DNA of 63,671 nt, counting the filler, from Dimorphilus gyrociliatus (Eukaryota; Animalia; Annelida), in NCBI GenBank assembly GCA_904063045.1. It is 5 parts of 5 records of this genome, joined end to end, with 100 filler letters (N's around TTAATTAATTAA, not from the genome) between each part and the next. Parts side by side here need not be neighbours in the genome. Positions count along the whole stretch, not along the records: positions 35,826 to 47,420 come from CAJFCJ010000070.1; positions 47,521 to 57,795 come from CAJFCJ010000177.1; 3 more parts are not named here. One strand, given 5' to 3'. A program made the translations under genes and the position numbers. Positions 35,726 through 47,921 of this stretch are shown here, in pieces. Under the pieces are notes generated by a model. That model was not told the origin of the DNA. It was given only the letters and a program-made list of their open reading frames with translations, and made no database searches. Within the stretch, counting starts at the first letter, position 1, and the number at the start of each line of letters is the position of its first letter.

Positions 35726-35825
35726 NNNNNNNNNNNNNNNNNNNNNNNNNNNNNNNNNNNNNNNNNNNNTTAATTAATTAANNNNNNNNNNNNNNNNNNN
35801 NNNNNNNNNNNNNNNNNNNNNNNNN
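35726..35825. other. Artificial contig spacer
   Basis: 44 N + TTAATTAATTAA + 44 N. Confidence 0.99.
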
Positions 35826-38800
35826 ATTAGAGAAATAACAACAACAATATACATGTCATTTTTCGAAGTGAAATTTTGAAATTGTGAAAGTATTGCTTTA
35901 AAAGGTAAAAAGAAAAGTTTAATATTGAAATCTATGTATAAAAAATAGACAATTTACAAAGAACGGAAACTGGTAACCAGCATAAAATATTTGATAAAGT
36001 TATAATATAAATGCTCTTTGATAATTTATCTCTTGACAAAGATGTCCATTTAACTTTTAAAGTTAATTTAATATATAATAACATAATTATTAAACTCAAA
36101 ATAAAAAATAATAATCCAAAGACCAAAAATGTAAAAATCCAACCTTCACTTTTATCACTTCTGATTTGAATGTTGAAGCAAATTGTTGATTTTGAATAAT
36201 AGTTCTAATAAAGAGATATTTTGGCTTATAGTAGTATAACATGACGTAATGGTCATAATTATTACTCTACACACGCTATAGAGTACTATAGGCGTAATTG
36301 ATATTAATAGGGCTAGCACACATTTAAAAATTACAATAATTGTTCTATATTTAACTGAAAATGGTGTTTTAAACGGGTTCATTATCGCTTCGTAACGTTC
36401 AATTGTTAAGAATAGAATTGAAAATATTGAAAATAATAGCGAAAATGTTAATATTGTACCGAGTATTGCGCAACCATTGCTAAATCGCCATCTTTCTTCA
36501 TTCTTTAAATAGCTGTTACTATTGGAGAAACGATTATCAACTATAGCTATTGTAAAGATATATAAGCCAATGAATAAATCTCCAAATACAAGACAATATC
36601 TATAAGGTTTCGATTTTAATTTTGAGTAGTAAATTACAAAGATCAAGGTCAAATTTCCTGTTATACCAATAATAGCAATAATCCAGAATATACTCTTAGA
36701 ATGAATGATGGAATAATATTTTCGCATGTAAGAAAACCGGAAGGAGACGGCCAGCATTTTAAATTTGCCTTTCCAAAAATTTTCCAACCGAGGCAACATA
36801 ATTGAAAATTTTCATTTTGAATTATTTTTAATTTATTCATATATTCAATAAAATAATTTATGTATTTTGCAGGGAAAATCGTGTTTTTTAAATATAACTC
36901 TTCAACTCTTTGACTATTTTTAAATATATCCTTTTCAATTGTTTTTAATAAACAATTCTCCATTTTAAAAATTTGCATATTAGTGAGATTTTCAAAATGG
37001 CGTTTTCTTAGTAGATTTATTTTTGTTGATGATAAATCCAGTACAATTAGATATTTAAATTGATTATTAAAGAATAGAGAATCAATTGAATTCAATGGAT
37101 TATTACTCAAGTTTAATGTTTGAATAATTGAGAATTTTTAATTTTTAAATATTGAAATTTCCGTTAAATTCGTATTGAAAATGTTTATGAAAATAGCGTT
37201 GGGAAATTGGATATTTATAGGCCAATTGGCAAGTTGGAGATTATTTAATATTCGAAATACGAAGATATTTGTAAAAGTTACATTTTCGAACTTTAAAACA
37301 AAATTTCCGTCTAACGTAACGCTTTTGAAATTGTCATCAATTTCAAATATAGTTTGTAATTGAGTAGGTGTCAATTTACAAACAATTGAAAATGGATTTG
37401 GATATTTACAACTATTATTAGATTGTTGTTTAGGAAATGAACAGAATAATTCGTCACTTCCTCTAGAACAATCCATCTTTTTATTACAAATTTGATCACG
37501 TGATATATACATATTTTCGTTTCTGCATTTAAAAAATCCATTTGCTGTGAAATTTTCTATAAAAAAAAAAAAAGAAGAATGATTTTGTTGAAGAATGTGG
37601 AAAAAGTTTAAATTTAAAAAAAAATCTTAAAAAACATACCGCAAAACATTTCGTCATCATTGTTCAAGCAATGATTAATACCGTCGCAAACTCTATCAAT
37701 ATTTATGCAATAACCTGAATAATAGCATTTATATTGCGATTTTGAACATTTGAAATGTTGGCAATCTTTAAGAGTTGAGTATGGATAACGAATTTTTGAT
37801 ATTAAATTATTAGTAGTATCATACTCGATTGAACATCTTTTGAATGATCTATTTTGAACAGATGTAGTCAATTTTTCGAATACTTTTTTACAGGAATACT
37901 CATCGTTTCCATCCGAACAATCAATCATAAAATTGCACTTTTTCTCTCTCGATAAACATTCATTATAACATTCCATTTGAAATTTTTTATTACAATCTAC
38001 TCGATTCAAAATTCATGTTGCTTGAATGTGAAAAAGAAATATTTTATACTTTTGGTAAAGTTTGTACTAATTGAATTCTCTGACAAACAAATTTCGTCGC
38101 TAGAATCGAAACAATTAATCTCATTATTGCAAACTTCTCTTGAATTTATACATTGTCCATTGTGACATCGATTCAATTGGTGTGAACTGTTACTATTACA
38201 ACTTTTTAAATCTGTTTAATTTAGTTTTTTGTTTATAAAAGCAATCTTTTTATGTGCAAGAATTTTACAGCAAAACTTTTCGTCCGATTTGTCCGCGCAA
38301 TCAGCTATAAAATCACATAATAAAGAATAGCTAATTCTTTGTTGATTTGTTAGACAACGAAATTGAATGATTTGATTATCTTTTTCTTGACAATCGTATT
38401 CATCTTCACCAGATGGACAATCATTAATTCCATCGCAAATATAAACATAATTAATGCAGATATTATCTTTTTTACACAAAAACAATGATTTTAAACAAAA
38501 TATTTTAACATCATCAACGGCCTTCACATTCAATAATGTCATTCGAGTATAATTATTTTCTTATTACAAAAAAGAAGAATGTTAAAAATTAATGATAAAA
38601 ATTAGATAGAACACACCAATTGGATATTGTTTTTGACAAACAATTACTTTACTTCTATATTTACAAGAAATTGTAACCAAATTAAATTCTCCATATTCAT
38701 AGTTACTGTTAAGTAGTATTTTTCTTTCATCAATTAAAAAGAGTAATATTTAAAATTCTATTTTTACTTTTTAAATTCTGTTGTTAAAGTAAAGCATTCA

Positions 38801-41331
38801 TTTGTTATTTTATAGGCCTCATTCCATTTAAAATTTAAAAATTTGTGTGAGAAACCAATACGAGTTATCACTGATGGATCATTTCTCTTGTATACAAATT
38901 TATGATATCTTGACATCAAGGAAAAGTCATAATTGCTTGTTGTTACAGTAACAATTCGTTTCCTATATTCTTTTTGACTTAAAACTAAATTTAAAATTTT
39001 TTAGAAAAAATTTAACGAGTGATAAAAAAAATTTTTTTTTTCTTTTACCTGAATAGATAACTTTATTTTCACCCTTTTCGAGAAATTTATGTAATTTCTT
39101 ATTCTTAACATAATAAGCAAACATTTGAAGTTGATAAATAAGAAAAAATTGCTTATTTGATGGAAAATCAGATAATGTCATAGATTTTTTTAGACAATAT
39201 TTTTCCATTTCACTGATGGGTATTGGATATTTATTAATAAATACTTTGTAACATGTATTTTCAAAAACAAAGGTGTTATCATTAGAGCATTCATCAACAA
39301 CTATAAATGTTAATATTTCAAGAGTTTTTAACTATTTTAAGTTGACAGAAATACCTCTTATATATCTGTTGACGCATGTTATCTCCATACTCTCAAATGT
39401 AAATTCCTTATGATATCTATTTAGGAGCAAATAGTAGACATATTGGAATAATGCCGAGATGACGCCTATTTTTTATTATCTTTTACCTTCCCAAATTGAC
39501 ATTACAATTTGATATATTCACTTCATTTTTAGATTTGCATTTTATATTTGACAAAACTGCTGTTAATCGGTTTTTTATTCCAAATCCTTGTATAGTACTG
39601 ACATCTGAATCATCAGAAATTTTTCCGGAAGTAAAACCGAAATATTTACATAATAGTTTAATATTTTTTGATGTTATTACTCGAGTATAGAAAAGCATAT
39701 TTCCAAAATAAACTAAAACTTTTCCAGAGATTTTCTCGTTGATTTTGAATTTAGTACTATTATTAAAATGGCCGCTAGGCGTAAATATTTGTGTGTTGTT
39801 ATTAGTAAGAAGGAAAAATTTATTGTCTATTTTTAGCACAATGAAAAGATTCAATAAAGATGAAATGGAAAGAAAAAACTACCATAAAAATTGAAATTGT
39901 TGAGTTTCTTTCGACAAAATTTCATCGGATTTTTTAAAATGAAATATTTTTCCCAATTTAAAAGTGCAGAAGGTCTTCTTACGTTGAAATAAGCAAGTTT
40001 ATTTGTTTTCAAATAATTAGAGCTTATTATTAGAAATAGTATCTTCAAAAAAAAAAGAAATACTATATCAAGTTTTCTTCATTTTGAGTCTAAATTTCCT
40101 CTTTTGAATATGATAAAAGACGTCCTTTTACTTAGACTTGTAACTATTCTTTATCCTAGAGTCCTGTAACTTTATTTTTTTTAAAAAATCCAAACTTTTG
40201 TTTGTTTCCTTGTATTTGGACATCTTTTATCAACAACTTCCGTTTCCGGTCTATATCTTACATGTTTACGAAATGTATAATAATCATCTTTTGTATAATA
40301 CGGACCAAATACCATTGAAGCTTTTTGACAAAAGAACTTGTACATGTCAATGTGGGAATAAATTCTATTGCTAAAAGCTAAAAGTTTATGACCAAAAATC
40401 CTTGAATGAACCATATACATAGAATTTGAATATATATGTAAAGCAACCGGTAAAATACGAAATAGATTCTTCTTGTCAACATTAATTTGTACTTTTATGT
40501 CTAAAACAAGGCTTAAGTTGACAAAATAGAAAAAAAAACCAGAAAAAAAAAAACAAACCATCTATTTCGTCATAGAAACAAGACGTTTTCATTTTTGAAT
40601 TTTGAATATTTTCCTTCCCAAGGAATATTAATGAATTATTATCTAAATTGGCATTTATGTTTATATATCTATTTAAGAAATCATCACTTCTATAATCAAT
40701 AATGAATTTGACTCGACTGCATAGAAATTTTTTATAAATATTTAGTGTTTTTACAGCGAAATATTCGTCTTTATCTTTAAAAAGTAGATCATATGCAAAC
40801 AGTCGATTATCCATTGCAATAAAAACTGGTAAAAAGTTGTTTTTAGTAAATGACTGTATTTTTTGAATTTTTATATTTTGAATTTACACGTTGAATTTCT
40901 ATGGAAACATTCAATAACTAATTGAAATTTTGTTAAGTAGACATCATTTCTACTGCAAAAGATATTTTTTTTTGTGATATATATTTTGCCTATATTTTTT
41001 TAGACTAGAAAACGTACAATTTACAGCAAGGAAGAGTGGAACTTACGAGTCTTCTTGTCCTCTGCAATTCTTTCGTTAATATGAAATCAACTTTGGAAAA
41101 TTTTGAATGATAATCGTGTTTTTTGCAGTATTGATTTTTAAATTGTTTGAAAAATTTCAATGAAATTTCATCAAAATTTATTCGAAATATTTCACTGTTG
41201 TTATATTTTCCAAATATATAAACTTTGTGAGTAGTATCATCAGTTTTATTGTCCTTCTTATAGTATAAATTCTTTACTTCTAATACTGCAAATGGAAGGA
41301 AAACTATAGGAGTAATGAGATATAAAATCAT
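35826..41331 (-). CDS. Multi-exon GRL101-like GPCR: signal, SRCR-like, CTLD, LDLa repeats, LRR, 7TM (3'-partial; one stop and frameshifts)
   Basis: SRCR-like SGKVLVYFGN..LLCKYFGF..LSNIKC..EVNISNC (39483-39760); CTLD DECSNDNTFVFENTCYKV..MEKYC (39050-39310); several CDGxxDCxxGxDE LDLa units (37380-38560); LRRs; TM motifs GNLTL, GDLFIGLYIF, LTIERY, CWLP. In-frame TAA at 37138-37140, frameshift near 36690. Confidence 0.85.
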
Positions 41332-41469
41332 CTTTTACATTTGAGAGTGACAGTAGTTTTTCAGATGAAATACTAGTCATTTTATAATATATCCTAGTAG
41401 GCTTATTAGATAATTGGTTATCAAATTAAGACAGATTTCAATCTCTATTTTATTTTTACTCAACTGTAA

Positions 41470-41880
41470 GAATACAATTCAGCCTATAGAATAATGGTAC
41501 ATTGTTATGGTTTTGTGTAAGGTTACTAGTTCATTGAGTACAATTAGTAAATTATAAATAATTTCACTTGTAACTAGCAAAGCCAACACATATTTAACGT
41601 ATTTATTACGTGTAGGCCGATATATTCTCCTATTCATGAATACTTTATACTCTGCAGCCATGTTCTTTTATCAATTGTCAATCACAGTGAGCTATTTTTA
41701 ACAACCCAGTTGGTTAAATATTGTAAAAGTCCCAGATGCAGGGTAAGAAGGTGTTATAGATGTTAAAAATAAAATGAACACATGATCCTATCAGCCAAAA
41801 CCAAATTTTCCCCTTTGACAATAAATCCAATTGATGATTTGTTGCAAAGATAATGATCCTGTCATTATTAGGAAATAGAA
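41470..41880 (-). mobile_element. Decayed MULE transposase fragments
   Basis: NDRIIIFATNHQLDLLSKGKIWF matches NDRILIFSTTKQIELLSKGKIWF near 44720. Confidence 0.65.
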
Positions 41881-42099
41881 AAATATTTTGCATGTGTGAT
41901 TGAATCTAACTTTAACAAAAGAGTTTAATTTTCGAAAAGCTTATACTATATTTTATACTGCATTTTAGACCAAATTAATGTGTGATAAGGCCTACTAAAA
42001 GTTACTAACATCTAAAGCATCCGATACGTATTTTCAAGCTTTGTTTTAGCCTAAGCTTCAATAACTGTAACAACTAAAAACCACATAAAGAATTTTGAA

Positions 42100-42859
42100 T
42101 GTACTTTGTTGTATTGTAATTGTAGGAATTTCTGCTTCTTCAGAACAATATTCACCCTTTCCAATCATTTATCAATGCACCAAAATACTCACATAAACAT
42201 AACCTTTCAACTTCTTCTACAAATAGTCTCAAGAAATTTAATTTCAGTAGAAATCAATCAACAAACACCAGTTCAGTGTCATTCAAAGAATATGTATTGA
42301 TTAAAGGAGTTTCTAGTTCTAAACATGTAAGTTTTAACAAGCAGCTAAGGGTTAAAGAACTGAACTGCCAAACTGGGGAAATGTATTTCCTTTTACACAT
42401 TTACCAAAAGCTTGAGTTCACTTGGTCAAAGGATTACAAAGTTGAAATGAAACAGTCTCATAATGCATGAACAACAAAAACATGAAAACTGTTATATCAC
42501 ACATGGTTAGCATGTGGCACTTCAAAAGCAAACCTGCCTCTTCCATATCTGTTTTTGAAAAAGATGTAACAACTTTGACATGCATTTTTCTATATTGTTT
42601 GTTCCTTTGTTAATTCCAAAGTGGCACCATCTGTTATGGTCAAAGAATCTATTTCCTGCGAAATAAATGACTTTCTAAAGTCCCACAACTAAAATTTCTA
42701 TGAAATAAAAATCTTTCTAAACTTCCACCATTATAATTTCTAGGAAATAAAAGCTTTTTCAATGTTCCACCATTTTAATGGCTACAAAAGAAAAGTCTTT
42801 CTAAAGTTCTATCATATCTAAGGTCTAAATATCATTATGCCATTATTTCCAAGTGCACA
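42100..42859 (-). repeat. Full-length solo LTR-1 (about 760 bp)
   Basis: rc begins TGTGCACTTGG and ends CAACAAAGTACA; joins the 5' pieces (69, 53380, 54523) and 3' pieces (5842, 14714, 15326, 16212) into one family; ~45-bp subrepeats; no clean TSD. Confidence 0.85.
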
Positions 42860-43574
42860 TTTTCAAACAATTGAAAAAGATTTACATAAAATGAATCAGA
42901 AAAGTGACTTTTAGTCAGTTAGTCATTGTTCAGTGATAATAAGGATCTGGAATTTCACTTTTTACCAGAAAATTGAGATAGTACTTTTTCACAGATTTAA
43001 TAAAATCATCTTTATATATAATGATTTTGTCATTTGTAGACATATCGTAACATTTAAATAACTGAAATTTTTCATTGTAGAATGCAGCACATTTACATTT
43101 ATATTTATAAGTTTGCTGAATATTTTCCACAAATTTTATTATAAATTCCTCTTTGTATTTTTGACAACAGTCTTCTTCAAATCTATTTTCTTCTGTGTAA
43201 AATATTATGCAATTTCTTTTCAAATCTGTAATACATGAGTATTCTCCATGATTATTATTGTCCACAATATATATTGAAGTCTTCATAAAAAATGTGTTAT
43301 AATTGCTTCGAAGAATATTTTTGAAAATATGATCATCAAGATGCTTTTCAACTTGATACATCTTTGGCCATGTATAGTAATCATTTTTTTGCCACATATC
43401 ATCAAACAAATTGTGAGGTTTCATTATGTAAAATGGATCAAAATAATCTTGCAAACTTTTCAACTGATTTTCACTTTGAAATGGAACATGAATTATTCCT
43501 TTAGGAATTTTCTCCTCTAAGTTTATCTTGAATTGAATTTCAAATCCAACTGGAAAGTGGTCACTGAATGTTAT

Positions 43575-43644
43575 GTTGTAATAAACTGTTCCACTATTTC
43601 TAATTATAGCTTTTTCCAAGTCAGTTCCATATATGTATAACCTT
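43575..43644 (+). repeat. 70-bp exact direct duplication (second copy 45974-46043) flanking the MULE
   Basis: GTTGTAATAAAC...TGTATAACCTT identical at offset 2399. Confidence 0.95.
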
Positions 43645-43649
43645 TAATA

Positions 43650-45973
43650 TATATAAATTAGCTTTATTTTTATAGCAGCCATTTTGTTTATCATTATTGT
43701 TAATTGTTTAATTTTTAAATTTATACAGTTGGTTATTGATAGAGATTCCAAATTGAACATGGCACCAATTTGTTACATTTGTGAAGAGAGAATATATGGA
43801 AGACAAAATCAAGAGAAATGTCAGCTTTGCTGTCATTTATTTAAAATACATAAAAAATGTTTGGATTATAAAGGTTTGTTTAAGTTTTTTGTCACTATCC
43901 TTCCTTACAAATATGTTTTTATATTTTTTCACAGATCAATCATTTTATTGTAACATTTGCTGTGACATATCAATGAAGAAATGCATTGTTGCACTTCAAA
44001 GGCTACCTTCTAGTGCATCTGCTAATGAAGAAATAAGACAAACACCAAATTTTGATACAGCAAATAATAGAAATGAGCAAACTATTGTTTGTGAAAATCA
44101 TTGTGGAAATTCAAGTGGAAATGATACAAATGGCAGTATTATGGAATCACACAATGTTTTAGTTGAAGATCTTCCAGCTCAGCAAAATAATATGATGGAA
44201 GTTTCATTTATAGTTTCTCCAAAATCAGATTGTGAGAAAGAAAGTTATTCATTTAAAATCTTAAAGGGAATGAGCCAGAAAGGAAAAGATTTGCTACTTT
44301 TCAACAATTTCTGCTACAATATTAAAGAAAAAAGAAACAAGACAACATTCTGGATATGCAGTGTTAGGAACAAAAGAAACAAATGTTCAGCAACAGTTAG
44401 TCAGCATGGAACAGTTTTATCCTGGAAAGTTATCCCATTCTCATGAAAGAGTACCTGATTTGGAACAAAAAATAATGATTAGGAATGAACTAAAAAATGC
44501 TTGTAATAAAGATATCAGTAGTTCAGGAAAACGTTTAGCTGAAGATGTTCTGGTGAAACATTGTAGTTCTGTGAAGTTATTCCATCTCTAGATAATTGTA
44601 CAAGACTGGCAAACTGGACAAGAAAGAAGTTTAGACCAGCTGAACCTCAAAGTATTCACTTCAACTTGGCTAAAACTTTTATTCCTGATGATTTTTTACA
44701 AATGGATATACAAATGGAGAATGATAGAATACTAATATTTTCAACTACAAAGCAAATTGAATTATTATCTAAAGGCAAAATATGGTTTATGGATGGCACA
44801 TTTAAATGTGTGAAAGACCCTTTTATCAACTTTTTCTATTCATGGATTTATAAAAAAAAATGGAGAAATAAAACAAATTCCAATGGCTTTTGCTTTTATG
44901 GATCTAAGAGAAAGACAGCCTACAAGAAATTATTTAAGGTACAATAATTTTGCATTTTAAATTGAATAATCTAATTTGTTAAATTAACAGGCAATACAAG
45001 ATTTAACAAATGGCATAGCCCCAAAAAAGTTGTTGTAGACTTTGAAAAAGCTATTTGGAAAGCACTATCATTCACTTATCCTGAAGCAAACATTAAAGGG
45101 TGTGTTTTTCACTGGACACAGGCAATATACAGAAAGATTCAAGTAATACTTTAATTTAGTATTGAGTCTAGATAGAACTGACATATTTATTTCCAGGAAT
45201 TAGGATTATGTAAGATGTACAAGGAGAAAAAAGCTGAATATAGAATCATGAAGAAATTAATGGCATTACCATTCCTGCCCTCTGATCTGATAGAACCAAC
45301 ATTTAAGACTATTAAAGAAATAAGTCCTATTGAAATGAAGTCTCTATTGGAGTACATTGAGACACAATGGATAAATGGATTTTATAAACCAGAGGTATGG
45401 TCTGTTATGTGAGGCTATAAGGACAAATAATGATCTTGAAGGATGGCATCACAGGCTTAACAAGAATCTTTGCTCTAACACTGCATTCTATTTGCTTTTA
45501 GATGAACTGAAAAGAGAAGCTGATCTGATAAAGCTATATAAAAAATTACTGAGTGAAAAGAAAATTTGTAGACAGCAAAGAAAAGCATATCAGAATATTC
45601 AGAGCAAAATATTCAGCTTATGGAACAATTTGAAATTGCCTCAATTACCTCCCTGGACTTACTTGATAAAGCTTCTGACATTTATTCACCAGTTTAAAAT
45701 ACCTTTATTCTTTAATGTTGTTACACTGTTGTCAATCATTCTTGTTATATTGCTTCTTTTACTTAATCAATATATTAATATTTAAATATTTGTAATTCTT
45801 ATTATTCATTTTTCCTGTCAAATTGCTCTAAAAACTCCATCTATCAAATACTTATATCTTACTTTGAAGTTTATAATGGACGTTTCTCCAGTGGACGTTT
45901 CTCCAAGCAGTGGACGTTTTCTCCAACATGACGTTCCAGTGGACGTTTCTCCAGTGGACGTTTTCTCCTACCC
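43650..45973 (+). mobile_element. MULE (Mutator-like) element, intron-containing PHD-like/FLYWCH/DDE transposase pseudogene, right TIR only
   Basis: ATG at 43759; FLYWCH-like KGKDLLLFNNFCY..FWICS..CSATV; WFMDGTF, VVDFEKAIW, GCVFHWTQ, RTNNDLEGWH; terminus 45878-45973 with GGACGTTTCTCCA repeats ending TACCC. Confidence 0.92.
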
Positions 45974-47420
45974 GTTGTAATAAACTGTTCCACTATTTCT
46001 AATTATAGCTTTTTCCAAGTCAGTTCCATATATGTATAACCTTAATATCAATAATAAGAGAAATTACTAAACAAATTACTATTATACCTGTCATATATTT
46101 CTGTTTTAATTTGATTGTATTGATCTTTGGGGTACATAAAGTAAATCCTTTTGTACATTTGGCTCATGTGAAAGATATTGTTCAGACCAATTAAGATCTC
46201 CACCAATAATCAAATTTTAAAATGCTGAAAAAAAATTACAATTTACTGTTTGAAAATAGTATGGAATGACCTAATATTTTTTTCCCAAGAGAATCACAAC
46301 CTCATCATCATATTTTCTGTTATATCTTTTGACAATTTGAAAAGAGTCTCTATTCTTCAGCTGTTGAAGGTAACAATAAAATATCTTTTCAATTCGATTA
46401 CTTGTTGCTTTCTTATTAGGACTAGTATGCAAAGAAATAAAGTAAATGTATCCAATTCACAAATTTTGTTTGAAAAGAAACAATAAGTGTGGTCAAAAAA
46501 TTGATGCATCAACATTTTATGATTTTCTTTTCAGTCTCCCATGTTTTTGCACAATCCAAATCTTTACTGTCAGTGTTGCAAATATTAACAAAATATTTTG
46601 TATTGTAAAGATAAGCAGAGTTTCATGTGAATTTTCCGCCAATTATTATGTAATATGGACATTGATTTTTCTCATTTAGCTGTTTATTTAAATTTTCAAT
46701 ATTTCTCCATAATCTGCAGGCTGACTGCAATTCTTGTAAGGCAAGCAAATCAAAATTTTGTATGAGCTGAAAGAAATTCTAAATTGTGATGAAAATACCA
46801 AAAGAAATGTCTAATACTTTTGAAATTTCTTGCTCAATCTTTCCCTTTTTAATATTAAATGTTCCAATTCTTATATTCCGAACTCTATCCAATTTTTCCT
46901 CCAAAGTTGCATTCTGCTTGTATCTTGATTCCATTCAATGATCAATTGAGACTTTTCGAAATCACATTTGCCATCCTTTGAAACATCTGTTTAAATGTAT
47001 AAAGAAATGTTTTCTTCATTTCTTGATTTTTTAAAATAAAGGTATTGTATATATATTTTTACTATAAGTTAAAAGTCCTGGTTTCTCCTCATTTCCTTTA
47101 AAGTCACGTGGAAAAATGGTAATTTTTCTTTTTTCTAAGTTGAGATTTATTGTTTTCAAATGAAATATTCCTTTTTCTTTATCCCAATCGCTGTATAATT
47201 AATAGTTGTTGTGTTCTCCAACCTATATAAATTTAATGGAATAGAATAAATAAATTTTTACAATAAAATATTTGTTGTAATATAAAGAATATTACATTGT
47301 CCACCAGTCGTGGTAGAAAAATACTCCATTAGGATGATCCTCAGTAGCTATATCAAGGATTTGACAGTTCTGTCTGACCTTTGATGAAGCAGTAGTTTTA
47401 TTGGTATTTTTATTTTACAT

Positions 47421-47520
47421 NNNNNNNNNNNNNNNNNNNNNNNNNNNNNNNNNNNNNNNNNNNNTTAATTAATTAANNNNNNNNNNNNNNNNNNNNNNNN
47501 NNNNNNNNNNNNNNNNNNNN
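47421..47520. other. Artificial contig spacer
   Basis: 44 N + TTAATTAATTAA + 44 N. Confidence 0.99.
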
Positions 47521-47921
47521 ATATTTTAACCAGTTTTCACCATATTTATTTTTTGTCATTATTTCAAATAATTTTTAAAGGCCAATGCTAAAATAGCTAG
47601 ATTGCTAAAGCATATTACACAAGAGGGCAGCACCTGCTCGATTATGCCAAAATTTTATAACCATTTCCCGGAAGAAACCTTGTTGCTAAGGCAGTTAATA
47701 TTTCTTTAAAATTGTTTTGAAAAATCTTAGTTGTGGTTTGTGTTTAGAATACAACTAATAAAAGAGGTACTATTAAATCAACATACTTCTTCTCCTGGAC
47801 ATTTTTATCAACTACAATTAAGAAAAATTCTTAAATTCATTGTCCAACTTGCAAAAGAACTTTTAATCTGCTGAAAGTCAACATTCAACTCTCGCCCGAA
47901 GAATTAATAAAACATTTATTT

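Larger units (their letters stand above)
42930..47420 (-). pseudogene. DNase I-like nuclease with N- and C-terminal extensions, multi-exon, interrupted by a MULE
   Basis: IRIGTFNI; LIQNFDLLALQEL..QLNEKNQCPYYIII; FTL/ISLHTSP; LIIGGDLN; TEIYDR|LYIYGTDLEKAII..FSDHFPVGFEI. These are the DNase I motifs in correct order. Introns about 50 bp; stops and frameshifts upstream; last exon (42930-43641) open. Confidence 0.88.
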
